The position numbers and the translations under genes were made by a program. From Patescibacteria group bacterium UBA924 (GTDB lineage: Bacteria > Patescibacteriota > Microgenomatia > UBA1400 > PJMF01): a DNA stretch of 64,000 nucleotides. The stretch spans positions 2,700 through 66,699 of the forward strand of contig DBDU01000023.1 of the NCBI GenBank assembly GCA_002293725.1, read 5' to 3'. Positions within the stretch are counted from its first letter, which is position 1. Each line of letters begins with the position of its first letter. The notes below the pieces were generated by a model that had not been told where the DNA came from, made no database searches, and saw only the letters and a program-made list of their open reading frames with translations. This document shows positions 45,699 to 54,418 of this stretch, in pieces.

Positions 45699-46953
45699 AG
45701 TTACCCAGTAACCAACTCCCACCAATAACACTTATCAGCTGACCAATTTGCTGCGTAAAGAGATAGTGATCCAAGCTAAGTAGAGGCACAAAGATAATTA
45801 AGATATATGGGAAGACTGACTTAAGCTGTTGTTTTTGGGTTGCTGTCAGTTGCCAAATCAGTGTAGCAGTTACCAGCGTTAGTCCCAGTACGCCAACCAG
45901 CCCGACTTCAGCCAAAAGGAGTAAGCCGACATGATGAGCAGGTTGAACGAAACGAACGGCTTCGCGGTCTCTAGAGACGTCTTCTAAGTAAACAGTAAAG
46001 GTATTTAATCCTTTACCTACTACGGGTGAGTCTATAAACATTTGAGTGGCTGCGGTGTTTAGAAATGCACGCCGGGTGAAAGATGGGTCCAGGCTATTTT
46101 TAGCCAAGGCAAAAGTAAAGAGTGGAGCAAGCAGAAAGAACAGTGCTGCGCCGCTCCACAAACCGGTTCGGAGTGACAGAATGCACGCACACTTTTTGAG
46201 TTTTTTGAGACAGTAGATTGCAGTACACCCTCCGCCCAGTGCCAGCATAGCTGACCAAGATTGAGTTAAGAGTAGAGTCAATAACGCACCCGCTGAAACT
46301 ATCACCACACCCCATCGCAACTTCTTCTCTTTCATCGAGCTTGACCAGACAATCAGCAGACCTACTGCCAACACTCCAGCGAGGATGTTTGGATGGCTAG
46401 TCGTGCCATATGGCAAGAGATAGGTAACTCCGTTCCACGTTCCGCGAGCCAAGCCCGCTCGCTTATCCAGCCGTGTTTCCCCTAGCCACTCATACGAAGG
46501 AAAAGCTGAGCTTTGACGAACGTACTGCGTTAGGCCTACCACAGACTGAAACGCTAGCATGCACAGTAAGCTCATCCAGATGATGCGAGACCTGAAGAGT
46601 CGCCAGTGTGTTCCGATCCACCCAGCCAACAGAGACAGCTCTACCAGTTTGAGTAAAAACCACCAAGTGGTCAGCCGTGGTGCAGTGAAAAGTTGGGCTA
46701 CCCCAAGGAGAAGAAAGAGTGCAACGCCCACGTAAAAAGGAGCCTTTAGCTTTACTTTTCTTTTGGATAAGCACTCTACTCCCCAGCTAACTAAGAGCGC
46801 AAAAATAACCAAGTCGCTCAAATACAACTTAGGTAGCAAGTAATCGACTAACAGGCCGTGTACATAGCCGGTAGGTTCAGCAAACTTTAAAAATAAGTTG
46901 CTGGGCCATACAAAAATGAGGATAGCAAGTAACCAACTCTGCAGACGCTGCAT
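45676..46953 (-). CDS. O-antigen ligase/Wzy-like polytopic membrane protein.
   Basis: 425 aa. About 10-12 TM helices with a large loop, typical of O-antigen ligase/polymerase-family proteins. Low-specificity call. Confidence 0.45.
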   Translation of the reverse strand: MQRLQSWLLAILIFVWPSNLFLKFAEPTGYVHGLLVDYLLPKLYLSDLVIFALLVSWGVECLSKRKVKLKAPFYVGVALFLLLGVAQLFTAPRLTTWWFLLKLVELSLLAGWIGTHWRLFRSRIIWMSLLCMLAFQSVVGLTQYVRQSSAFPSYEWLGETRLDKRAGLARGTWNGVTYLLPYGTTSHPNILAGVLAVGLLIVWSSSMKEKKLRWGVVIVSAGALLTLLLTQSWSAMLALGGGCTAIYCLKKLKKCACILSLRTGLWSGAALFFLLAPLFTFALAKNSLDPSFTRRAFLNTAATQMFIDSPVVGKGLNTFTVYLEDVSRDREAVRFVQPAHHVGLLLLAEVGLVGVLGLTLVTATLIWQLTATQKQQLKSVFPYILIIFVPLLSLDHYLFTQQIGQLISVIGGSWLLGNFMDLEKD

Positions 46954-46977
46954 GCTGTCATTGTAGAACAGTCAGAC

Positions 46978-48963
46978 TTAACCGCCTACTAACTTTGCAT
47001 CGAACTTGATTCCCAGCAGCTTAACGATCTGTTTCCTAATCAAACTTACTTGTTTGTCATCAATCTGAACTTCTGGTTCTAGATATGAAATGCGGAAGCT
47101 ATAGTTCTGCTGATACTGACCTAAGAACTCCAGGTGATAGACGTTGATAAATTTATCCGAGATCGTGTTCATAACGTCACCAACTTTTGTTTGGACTGGC
47201 AAAGTAAGTGTCATGTCCTCAATCACGGGGCTAGTTTTTGGCAGTGGACGGTAGTGTGGATAGACTTGGCTCACTTCCATCAGTTTGGAAACTGTGAAGT
47301 CGATCGCGGTAACCTCACCAGGTAAAGCCACAATCTCACCAGTAGTAATCTCGCCGTGGTCTGGAGAGTTAGCCATGATCTGTGCCCGAGCATCTTCGTC
47401 TTGTTTGTACCGAACGTTCGTCACAAATAAGCTCCGTAAAAGAACTTCCAAATCTCCTTTAACCTGCTGAACACTCCGACGAGAAACCAAGCTAAGATGC
47501 AGAACTTCTAAGGGCAAACTTTTCTCTACCGGAGTGTAAGTATTTGCCAGTTCAAAAACGCTCAACTGTGAGTACTGGGGATTTTGGTCCAGTACTTCTT
47601 TCAAAGATGGAATCAGTGAGCGGCGTAAGTAGACGCGGTCGTCAGTCAGCGGATTTTGCAGTGTGAGGTGCTGCGCTAAAGTGTGGCCAGATTGTTTGGC
47701 AATCTCGGCACTAACCATAGAGTAGGTGTAAAGTTCTTGCCAACCAATAGCAGCCAAGAAGCGTTTGATGCGATCTTCCAGACGGAAGTTGATGTGCTTG
47801 GGTCGATCTAGAGGAATAGGTGTGGCCATCAACACACTGGGTAAGTTGTGGTAGCCATAAATTCTGGCAATCTCTTCGATCACATCAGCGGGAATAGTGA
47901 TGTCAGGGCGAAACGTTGGCGGCTGAATAGTGAACGTTCCTTTCTGCAAACTGACGCCACAGCCTAACTCTTCCAAGATTTGGGCGATTCGGTTAACGGG
48001 TAGCTCGATGCCTAGATAGTCCGTAATACGGTGTAAGCTAACTTGGACAGTGGGTTGAGCGCGTTTTCCTGGGAACTGATCAAATACTGGGCTAGCAACT
48101 GTAGCTCCACACAGCACGCGGAACAGCTTGGTTCCCTCTTCCAAGACAGGCAGCGAAAGATATGGGTCGACGTGTTTTTCGTTGAGTTGGGCTGCGACTG
48201 TCCGAATCGCATGACTCATTGAGCCAAAGCGAATCTTCTCAGCCACGACGTCTTCAATCCAGAACAACACATTCTTCGTACTTTCTTGAATAGCAGTGTT
48301 GGCCGTGCCTTTAATTCCAGGTAAGTCGATGATCTCACCTTGATCATTCTCAAAGACAAGCTCACCGCCTAAAGTAGTGTACTCGTTTCCATCTAAGGTA
48401 GTGAATGACTTCCCTGCTGTAGCTTCTTTGACAATAATACTGCCACCCAGTTCCATAATCTTGTCGTAGTCAAAGGCATGGCATGGATGTCCTAAATCGT
48501 GAGTAATATAGTTCGTAATATCAATTACAGCGTCGTGGACATTGATCTCCACTTGTCGTAAACGCTCAGCCATCCACTTGGGTGTGTCAGCCCGTTTGAC
48601 ATCGGCCAGGGCGACGCAGACGATTCTTTTACATAACTGAGGATTGTTGACGATCTGGGGCAGCGGTAACTTTTTGGCTGCTTTTTTAGCAGTGAAAGTA
48701 ATAGGTTCTGGTTTAAATGGTTTTAGCTTAGCGGTAATACCAAACTGGTTGAGAATGACAGCGGCTTCTCTGGCAATGCCACGCACTGACATCGAGTCTA
48801 CGCGATTGGTAGTAACTTCCATGTCATACACCGCGTCACCTTCTCGCTCATAGATGCGTTCTACAGAGGGGCCACAGAGTGAAAGATACTTTTGAATTTC
48901 AGTGGGTGTCGCTTTGGTTTCCAAGTGCTCTAGCAGCCACTTGTGGGGAATTAAGATATTCAT
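46978..48963 (-). CDS. pheT: Phenylalanyl-tRNA synthetase beta subunit (short form without the N-terminal OB-fold tRNA-binding domain).
   Basis: N-terminal MNILIPHKWLLEHL (a PheT-type start), B3/B4 editing domain, B5 domain and C-terminal anticodon-binding-like domain. 661 aa. Confidence 0.9.
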   Translation of the reverse strand: MNILIPHKWLLEHLETKATPTEIQKYLSLCGPSVERIYEREGDAVYDMEVTTNRVDSMSVRGIAREAAVILNQFGITAKLKPFKPEPITFTAKKAAKKLPLPQIVNNPQLCKRIVCVALADVKRADTPKWMAERLRQVEINVHDAVIDITNYITHDLGHPCHAFDYDKIMELGGSIIVKEATAGKSFTTLDGNEYTTLGGELVFENDQGEIIDLPGIKGTANTAIQESTKNVLFWIEDVVAEKIRFGSMSHAIRTVAAQLNEKHVDPYLSLPVLEEGTKLFRVLCGATVASPVFDQFPGKRAQPTVQVSLHRITDYLGIELPVNRIAQILEELGCGVSLQKGTFTIQPPTFRPDITIPADVIEEIARIYGYHNLPSVLMATPIPLDRPKHINFRLEDRIKRFLAAIGWQELYTYSMVSAEIAKQSGHTLAQHLTLQNPLTDDRVYLRRSLIPSLKEVLDQNPQYSQLSVFELANTYTPVEKSLPLEVLHLSLVSRRSVQQVKGDLEVLLRSLFVTNVRYKQDEDARAQIMANSPDHGEITTGEIVALPGEVTAIDFTVSKLMEVSQVYPHYRPLPKTSPVIEDMTLTLPVQTKVGDVMNTISDKFINVYHLEFLGQYQQNYSFRISYLEPEVQIDDKQVSLIRKQIVKLLGIKFDAKLVGG

Positions 48964-49484
48964 GACTCTCCTTGTTCGTCTTCGAATTGATCAAGATAAG
49001 TAGTTACTTCATAAAACTGGGCTTGGTCTTTAGCGGGGGCGTGTTCAGTGTGGTACTGTCGACCAGTCAGCAGCTCTCGCACGTGCTGGCGAGAAACGAG
49101 GGCCGAAGCATTTTCTTTACGAATCTTGCCTTTTACAAGCAAGATTCCCTGGTCTTCTAAGTCCTTCGCCATTAGTGCAAACATTTTCTTAGCCAAGTCT
49201 TTCCCTCGATAGGCTGGCTCAACCGTTTTATTTTCAACCGTTGCTACAGGTGGGTTCTGCGAGCGGTCAACTGAGTAATCTAGCGTAGCAACTTCTTTTC
49301 CTTTGTGGTCTTTGAGGAAGAGAAAGTACTTGGCAATTCCTGCCACCTCAGTTATTTTTTCGAGGCCAACTAATAGCTCTTCTGGCCCTGCTAGTGTCTC
49401 GATCGTCACAGTATGCTGATTGTCTCGCAGCTGTTCGACTATCTGCCGAGAGTGTTGAGCATACTCAGTGCTTTGTTCTGGCAT
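48960..49484 (-). CDS. GNAT-family N-acetyltransferase.
   Basis: Motif A VEPAYRGKDLAKKMF. Start probably at MPEQST (49484), so it abuts pheS without overlap. Confidence 0.6.
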   Translation of the reverse strand: MPEQSTEYAQHSRQIVEQLRDNQHTVTIETLAGPEELLVGLEKITEVAGIAKYFLFLKDHKGKEVATLDYSVDRSQNPPVATVENKTVEPAYRGKDLAKKMFALMAKDLEDQGILLVKGKIRKENASALVSRQHVRELLTGRQYHTEHAPAKDQAQFYEVTTYLDQFEDEQGES

Positions 49485-49485
49485 A

Positions 49486-51375
49486 TTAGAACTGCTCCAA
49501 GAATCGCATCTCACCGCTGTAGAACAAACGGATGTCGTCAATATTTAAGCCAGGTTTCAAGGTATAGGTTCGTTCTACTCCCCAGCCAAAGGCAAAGCCG
49601 GTGTACTCTTCCGGATCGATCCCGCCTGCCTTCAACACATTTGGATGAACCATCCCTGCGCCGCCGACCTCATGCCAGCCGGACTTACAGAACTTACACT
49701 TGGTTTTTTGAACCTCGCCTTTACCATCTTTCTGCTCTACTTCTCCGGTGCCGTGACAAATGTGGCAGCTGAAGTCCACTTCAAAAGACGGCTCGGTAAA
49801 CTGAAAGTGAAATGGCCGAATACGACTCTTGGTGCCTGGTCCATAGAACTCTTGCGCGAAGTAGTCCAAGGTACCTTTCAAGTGTTGAATGGTAATACCT
49901 TTATCTACCACCAAGCCTTCGAACTGATGGAACATTTGGGTATGTGTGGCATCTTGCTGACGACGATAACATCGGGCAATGTTGATCATTCGAATTGGTG
50001 GAGTTGAGTTTAGTCGCTCCATCTCACGGACCTGACCATTCGAGGTATGGGTTGTTAACACTACTTTGCCAAACTTTTGATCAATGGGTGCTTCAATGAA
50101 GAAAGTCTCCCACTCGTCACGAGCTGGATGATCAGGGGGCATGTTTAAGGCTTCGAAAACATAGTGGTCCCAGTCCACTTCTGGATAACGAACGCGGGTA
50201 AAACCAATTCGTTCAAAAATTCGGGTCACTTCTTCCATCGCTTGAGAAACTGGGTGCATGTGCCCCAACTTGGGTGGCTGACCAGGAGCGGTTAAGTCTG
50301 TCCAAGGAACAGTGGTATTTTGGCTGTCTTTCAACTTTTGAATGTGCTGTTCGAGGGCAGTTTTTAGCTCATTCAAAATTTGACCAGCCTCTTTGCGGTC
50401 TTCTGGTGACACGTTGCGAATCTCTTTGGCAAGTTCGTTAAACTTTCCTTTTTTGCCTAAGTACTTTGTGGTTAACTCTTCAACTGGTGATTGATCAAGC
50501 GACAGCTCCGCACGGATGTCGGTGGACTGACGACGCAAGGCTGTTAGTGAGATAAACAGTGGTGCTTTCTGACCGTCAGCCACACTCACTTTATTTCCTT
50601 TTGATTTCTTAGTACTCTCGGGGTTTTCGACGGTGTAGTACACCAGTGAGTTTTCCCCATCTTGTTGAATGTCAGACACTTGCACAGGCCAAGCTTCGTT
50701 GGTTTGGCGCAAGTGGGTGCCACCATCTGGCATGGGCGGAAATTTGCCAATCTGCAGTAAGCGAAGTGGTTTATTTGATGGAAGGTCAAACGGGAGCTTA
50801 ACTCCTCGTTTAATCATTTCATCTTTGGTAACCATCTCCGTAGTGGTTGAGACATTCTGAGCAATGATCTTCTCCACCTCTTGCTGAATCTGTTGTTTTT
50901 GATCGGCTGAAATCTTTGTTGTGAAGGTGATACTGAGTTTTTTGCCAATGCCGTGATTGCCGTCGATGCTGGTAGCATCCTTAACAGTGTTCTTGACTGC
51001 TTGATCAACAATGTGACCCAGAGTATGCCACTGCATGTGTTGATAGCGTCTATTCCAGTCGAGATTTAAGGTAACAGTATCTCCAGCTTTTAAGTTACCT
51101 CGAAGCGTACCCTTGTGCAGGACTGACCCACCGTTGTAAGAAACATGTGTAACCTCGAACGTCCCGTTGGGACCTTCGACTGTTCCTTGATCAGCTGGTT
51201 GACCTCCACCTTGAGGATAAAAAAGAGTTTGATCAAGAATTAGACTAGCCGAGTGAGAGCCATCTGGTCTAACTTTGTTGTCTAGAATAACTTCCACGAT
51301 ATTGGCAGTGGTTTGCTGAAGATACGCGTCTTCTAAATAAAGGAGATTAGTCTGGGTAGTGTGCTTTTCTGTCAT
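49486..51375 (-). CDS. pheS: Phenylalanyl-tRNA synthetase alpha subunit fused to an N-terminal AlaX-M-like trans-editing domain.
   Basis: The C-terminal roughly 340 aa carry PheS class II motifs (FHQFEGLVVD, RPFHFQFTEPSFEVD, GWGVERT). The N-terminal roughly 260 aa read LLYLEDAYLQQ...VILDQTLFYPQGGGQPADQGT...WHTLGHIVDQA...MPDGGTHL. This is the AlaX-M/tRNA_SAD pattern (HxxxH and a CxxxH-like motif with Asp in place of Cys). Confidence 0.85.
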   Translation of the reverse strand: MTEKHTTQTNLLYLEDAYLQQTTANIVEVILDNKVRPDGSHSASLILDQTLFYPQGGGQPADQGTVEGPNGTFEVTHVSYNGGSVLHKGTLRGNLKAGDTVTLNLDWNRRYQHMQWHTLGHIVDQAVKNTVKDATSIDGNHGIGKKLSITFTTKISADQKQQIQQEVEKIIAQNVSTTTEMVTKDEMIKRGVKLPFDLPSNKPLRLLQIGKFPPMPDGGTHLRQTNEAWPVQVSDIQQDGENSLVYYTVENPESTKKSKGNKVSVADGQKAPLFISLTALRRQSTDIRAELSLDQSPVEELTTKYLGKKGKFNELAKEIRNVSPEDRKEAGQILNELKTALEQHIQKLKDSQNTTVPWTDLTAPGQPPKLGHMHPVSQAMEEVTRIFERIGFTRVRYPEVDWDHYVFEALNMPPDHPARDEWETFFIEAPIDQKFGKVVLTTHTSNGQVREMERLNSTPPIRMINIARCYRRQQDATHTQMFHQFEGLVVDKGITIQHLKGTLDYFAQEFYGPGTKSRIRPFHFQFTEPSFEVDFSCHICHGTGEVEQKDGKGEVQKTKCKFCKSGWHEVGGAGMVHPNVLKAGGIDPEEYTGFAFGWGVERTYTLKPGLNIDDIRLFYSGEMRFLEQF

Positions 51376-51423
51376 ACGATTCCTTGATTATAGTGTCTTC
51401 TCTTGTTTTCCGCTCTTGTTTTC

Positions 51424-51449
51424 AATAAAAAACCCCGCTGGTGGCGGGG
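51424..51449 (-). terminator. Intrinsic terminator in the rplT-pheS intergenic leader.
   Basis: Stem CCCCGC/GCGGGG with a 5-nt loop. The minus strand reads hairpin then TTTTTTATT. It lies 37 nt after the rplT stop and about 50 nt before the pheS ATG. Confidence 0.7.
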
Positions 51450-51485
51450 TTTCTGATTTCTGTTTGAGTGTTGACGTGCCTCGAA

Positions 51486-51836
51486 TTAACCCCGCACTTT
51501 TTCGACGATGGTTTTAAACGAAGCAAAGTCAGTGGCAGCAATATCAGCCAAGATCTTGCGATCTAAGGAAATGTTGGCTTTCTTCATCATGTTGATGAAG
51601 CGTGAGTAGTTGATGTCACCAATAGTTTTTAAAGCAGCTGAGATACGTAAGATCCATAGTGAGCGCATATCGCGTTTACGGAGCTTACGACCAACGTAGG
51701 CGTATTGACCTGCGTGCAGATCGGCTTCTTTAGCACGTTTGTAGAGACGGGTGTTTGCACCACGGAAGCTCTTGGTACGAGCGAGAAGTTTTTTGTGACG
51801 GCGATGTCGAATGACACCAGTTTTTGCTCTTGGCAT
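51486..51836 (-). CDS. rplT: 50S ribosomal protein L20.
   Basis: MPRAKTGVIRHRRHKKLLARTKSFRGA... Confidence 0.95.
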   Translation of the reverse strand: MPRAKTGVIRHRRHKKLLARTKSFRGANTRLYKRAKEADLHAGQYAYVGRKLRKRDMRSLWILRISAALKTIGDINYSRFINMMKKANISLDRKILADIAATDFASFKTIVEKVRG

Positions 51837-51846
51837 GTGATCCTTC

Positions 51847-52050
51847 TTATCTCAAACCAAGCATGTGCTTGATTCGGCGTGCCCACTTCCCGGTCACCTC
51901 GATAGGTTTACGGCTGTGGCGGATGGCTTTTTTACTTTTCTTGCGACGTAAGTGACGCATGTTCTGGGCTCGACGCAGGACTTTGCCTGTGGCGGTGACT
52001 TTAAAGCGCTTAACAGCACCTTTGCGTGTTTTTTGTTTGTACTTCTGCAT
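51847..52050 (-). CDS. rpmI: 50S ribosomal protein L35.
   Basis: MQKYKQKTRKGAVKRFKVTATGKVLRR... Confidence 0.95.
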   Translation of the reverse strand: MQKYKQKTRKGAVKRFKVTATGKVLRRAQNMRHLRRKKSKKAIRHSRKPIEVTGKWARRIKHMLGLR

Positions 52051-52060
52051 ACTGCCTCAC

Positions 52061-52639
52061 TTATTTTTTCTTGATTGGCATCAGCTGAGCCATCATTTTC
52101 TTGCCCAGCATTTTTGGTTGAATCTCAACGGTGGCAATCTCAGCAGTCTCGGCGAAAACACGATCAAAGTGCTCTCGGCCAAACTCCTGCTTGGTAATCG
52201 CCCGACCTTTGAACTCAAGGGTTAAGCGAACTTTGTCACCTTTTTTTAAGAACTCAACAATTCTTTTTAATCGAGTTTGGAAGTCTCCTTCACCAATAAA
52301 TGGCGTGAAACGGATTTCCTTGATATCTTGCTGCTTTGATTTCTTGCGGCCTTCAGCTATTTTCTGCTGAAGTTGATATCGGTACTTGGCTAAATCAATA
52401 ATCTTAGCGATCGGTGGCTTTGCCCCTTCGGTCACTAAAACTAAGTCCTTGCCTTCGTTACGTGCACGTTCCATGGCTTCTTGAGTGGACATGACTCCAA
52501 TCATCTCGCCGATATCGGTGAGGACTCGCAACTCGGGGACGCGAATGTTGAAGTTCGCTGTGACTCTAAATTGCTGTTGAGGCCGTTGAAACGGTTTTTT
52601 TCTGATCATGAGATCGGTCTGTTCTCTTCTCCCTGTCAA
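52061..52639 (-). CDS. infC: Translation initiation factor IF-3.
   Basis: N- and C-terminal IF-3 domains (INEEIRVPELRVL-like, KGDKVRLTLEFKGRAI). The true start codon is uncertain; IF-3 genes often use atypical starts. Confidence 0.9.
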   Translation of the reverse strand: MTGRREQTDLMIRKKPFQRPQQQFRVTANFNIRVPELRVLTDIGEMIGVMSTQEAMERARNEGKDLVLVTEGAKPPIAKIIDLAKYRYQLQQKIAEGRKKSKQQDIKEIRFTPFIGEGDFQTRLKRIVEFLKKGDKVRLTLEFKGRAITKQEFGREHFDRVFAETAEIATVEIQPKMLGKKMMAQLMPIKKK

Positions 52640-52762
52640 TTACAAACGTAACGACCTTGTATTATGCCATAAGATTCTCGAGGATGCTAGAGGAGGATAG
52701 GAAAGTGTGGAGAGGGGTAATAGTGAGTTGAAGGGAGAAGAAACTTGCTATACCATTTTGAG

Positions 52763-53173
52763 ATGGCAAGATTTCTCAGATCTGGTTTTACCCTGATTGA
52801 GCTAATGGTGGTGGTGGCGATAATTGGAGTTTTAATGGCTGCTGGCATTATTGCATTCTCTAATGCTCAAGTTACCGCTCGAGACGCCAAACGTAAAGCT
52901 GATATTGATGCTATTTCCAAAGCTTTTGAACAGTACTATGCCGATCACAATGGACTTTATCCCCCAACAACGGGATCGTTTGTGAGTTACTTTCCCACAA
53001 ATACTCGCCCAAGAGACCCCAGATTTGGGATCGAGTACTCATACGTGATTGTAAGTCCAACCGATTACTGTATCTGTGCAACTCTTGAGAGAGTTACGGC
53101 CGGTAACTACACTACGAATGCGTGTACATCTCCTGGGTCTGGGAGATTTTTTTGTGCCTCAAAAAGACAGTAA
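52763..53173 (+). CDS. Type IVa pilin paralog (third major-pilin-like copy, remote from the main locus).
   Basis: RSG|FTLIELMVVVAIIGVLMAAGIIAFSNAQ. C-terminal YCICATLERV...CTSPGSGRFFCASKRQ has the same four-Cys pattern as the pilins at 18.3-19.2 kb. Alternative upstream start at 52745. Confidence 0.8.
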   Translation: MARFLRSGFTLIELMVVVAIIGVLMAAGIIAFSNAQVTARDAKRKADIDAISKAFEQYYADHNGLYPPTTGSFVSYFPTNTRPRDPRFGIEYSYVIVSPTDYCICATLERVTAGNYTTNACTSPGSGRFFCASKRQ

Positions 53174-53262
53174 ATCTTTCAGCTTCGCTTGCTCTGCGCT
53201 CTCTCTTTTTGCTACACTGTTTCCAGACGGCGATCAAAGCCTCATCTACGAAGGAAAAGTAT

Positions 53263-53535
53263 ATGCCTGCCAAAGCCAAAAGACCCGTTAAAAAACCTGC
53301 GGTCAAAGCTAGTTCTCGCCGAGTTCCGGCTCGTCCAGCAGTGATTGCTCGTCGACCTGTCGCTAAGGAAGGCTTCTGGACTAAACAGCACTTCATGCGA
53401 GAACAGAATGAGTTCTTTTCTGCTCACCCCAACTCAAAGATTCTACTAGCACTCTTTACTGGTGTGCTGGCTTTCTATCTCTTCATTGTCTGGTCCAATC
53501 GCATGGAGCTCTTCCCTCAGATTTATAAGTGGTAA
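53263..53535 (+). CDS. Small protein with a basic N-terminus and a single C-terminal TM helix.
   Basis: ATG with GAAGGAAAAG RBS. MPAKAKRPVKKPAVKASSRR... then LLALFTGVLAFYLFIVW. Confidence 0.45.
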   Translation: MPAKAKRPVKKPAVKASSRRVPARPAVIARRPVAKEGFWTKQHFMREQNEFFSAHPNSKILLALFTGVLAFYLFIVWSNRMELFPQIYKW

Positions 53536-53547
53536 GCACTAGTCTTG

Positions 53548-54411
53548 CTAGAGAATAATGCTATCTTCTTCGGGAGTGTTGTCGTAATTAATGACAAAGA
53601 CGTCAGTGTTGTAGCTGTTCACTCCGACGAACTCAGCTTCACCACGTTGGACTTTTAAGAAAGGCTCACAGGCTCTGCAGCTCTCTCCACCTGGACACTT
53701 GTAGCGGTTAAGTTTACGAGCCAGCTTCACTTGTTTGGCTAGTTCTAACACCCGTTGGTGAGACGTTGCTAAATCTGGCAGCTCCTTCTCAGTTAAGTTA
53801 TCATCGTACTGTAAGTACCAGTAACAGGCATGCGCGACTTTGCGTTTTTGACAGTTGGCCACTAGTAAGCAGTAGATTGGCAGCTGCAACGAGTCCTCTT
53901 TCTCTTCGTTTTTCCCCGTTTTAAAGTCAATAATGTTGACCATGTTGGTGTCTGGGAGGTACTCTAGCCAGTCAACCTTGCCGCACAGAATAATCTGATC
54001 CTCGGGACTTAGCCAATAATGAGGTAAGTCCATGTTGATTTTGACGGCTAAGTTCCTTAACGGGCCAGGGTGTTGCTCAACTCGGCGGATCATCTCCTCA
54101 GCGCGTTGGCGATATCGCAGCTCTTGTTCAGGACTGGAAAAGCCACCTTTTTTACCACTGACTTTTTCCCATGCCGTAGAGAGTTTCATTAAGAGGGGCT
54201 CGCGAAAACGCTGCTCGGTTTGGAGCGTCGAAAGTGACTCCACCACATCGTGAACCGCTTGGCCCAAGGCCAAGGCAGGGCTCATGACCGTCATCTTATG
54301 ACCTGTTTCTGGTCTTTTATAGACATTTTTCAAGTAGTAGAGCTGTGGACAAGTAACAAAGTCTGAAAGTGACGAGTGGGAAACCCAAACAGCCGAGTAT
54401 TTATCGCTCAT
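53548..54411 (-). CDS. Cas4/RecB-like PD-(D/E)xK nuclease with a 4Fe-4S Cys cluster.
   Basis: VNIIDFKTGK (the hhhDYKTG motif of the RecB nuclease fold). One N-terminal Cys (VTCPQ) and a C-terminal CPGGESCRAC: the Cas4/AddB-type Fe-S arrangement. Start likely at MSDKY (54411). Confidence 0.6.
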   Translation of the reverse strand: MSDKYSAVWVSHSSLSDFVTCPQLYYLKNVYKRPETGHKMTVMSPALALGQAVHDVVESLSTLQTEQRFREPLLMKLSTAWEKVSGKKGGFSSPEQELRYRQRAEEMIRRVEQHPGPLRNLAVKINMDLPHYWLSPEDQIILCGKVDWLEYLPDTNMVNIIDFKTGKNEEKEDSLQLPIYCLLVANCQKRKVAHACYWYLQYDDNLTEKELPDLATSHQRVLELAKQVKLARKLNRYKCPGGESCRACEPFLKVQRGEAEFVGVNSYNTDVFVINYDNTPEEDSIIL

Positions 54412-54418
54412 AGTTCCT

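Noticed and set aside
51376-51485. E. coli-style pheM Phe-rich leader peptide upstream of pheS.
   Set aside because: No small ORF with consecutive Phe codons exists in the 110-nt leader.
53548-54411. Possible CRISPR-Cas locus suggested by the Cas4-like nuclease.
   Set aside because: I found no direct-repeat/spacer array and no cas1, cas2 or effector genes anywhere in the window. Cas4-like PD-(D/E)xK Fe-S nucleases also occur as stand-alone repair enzymes.
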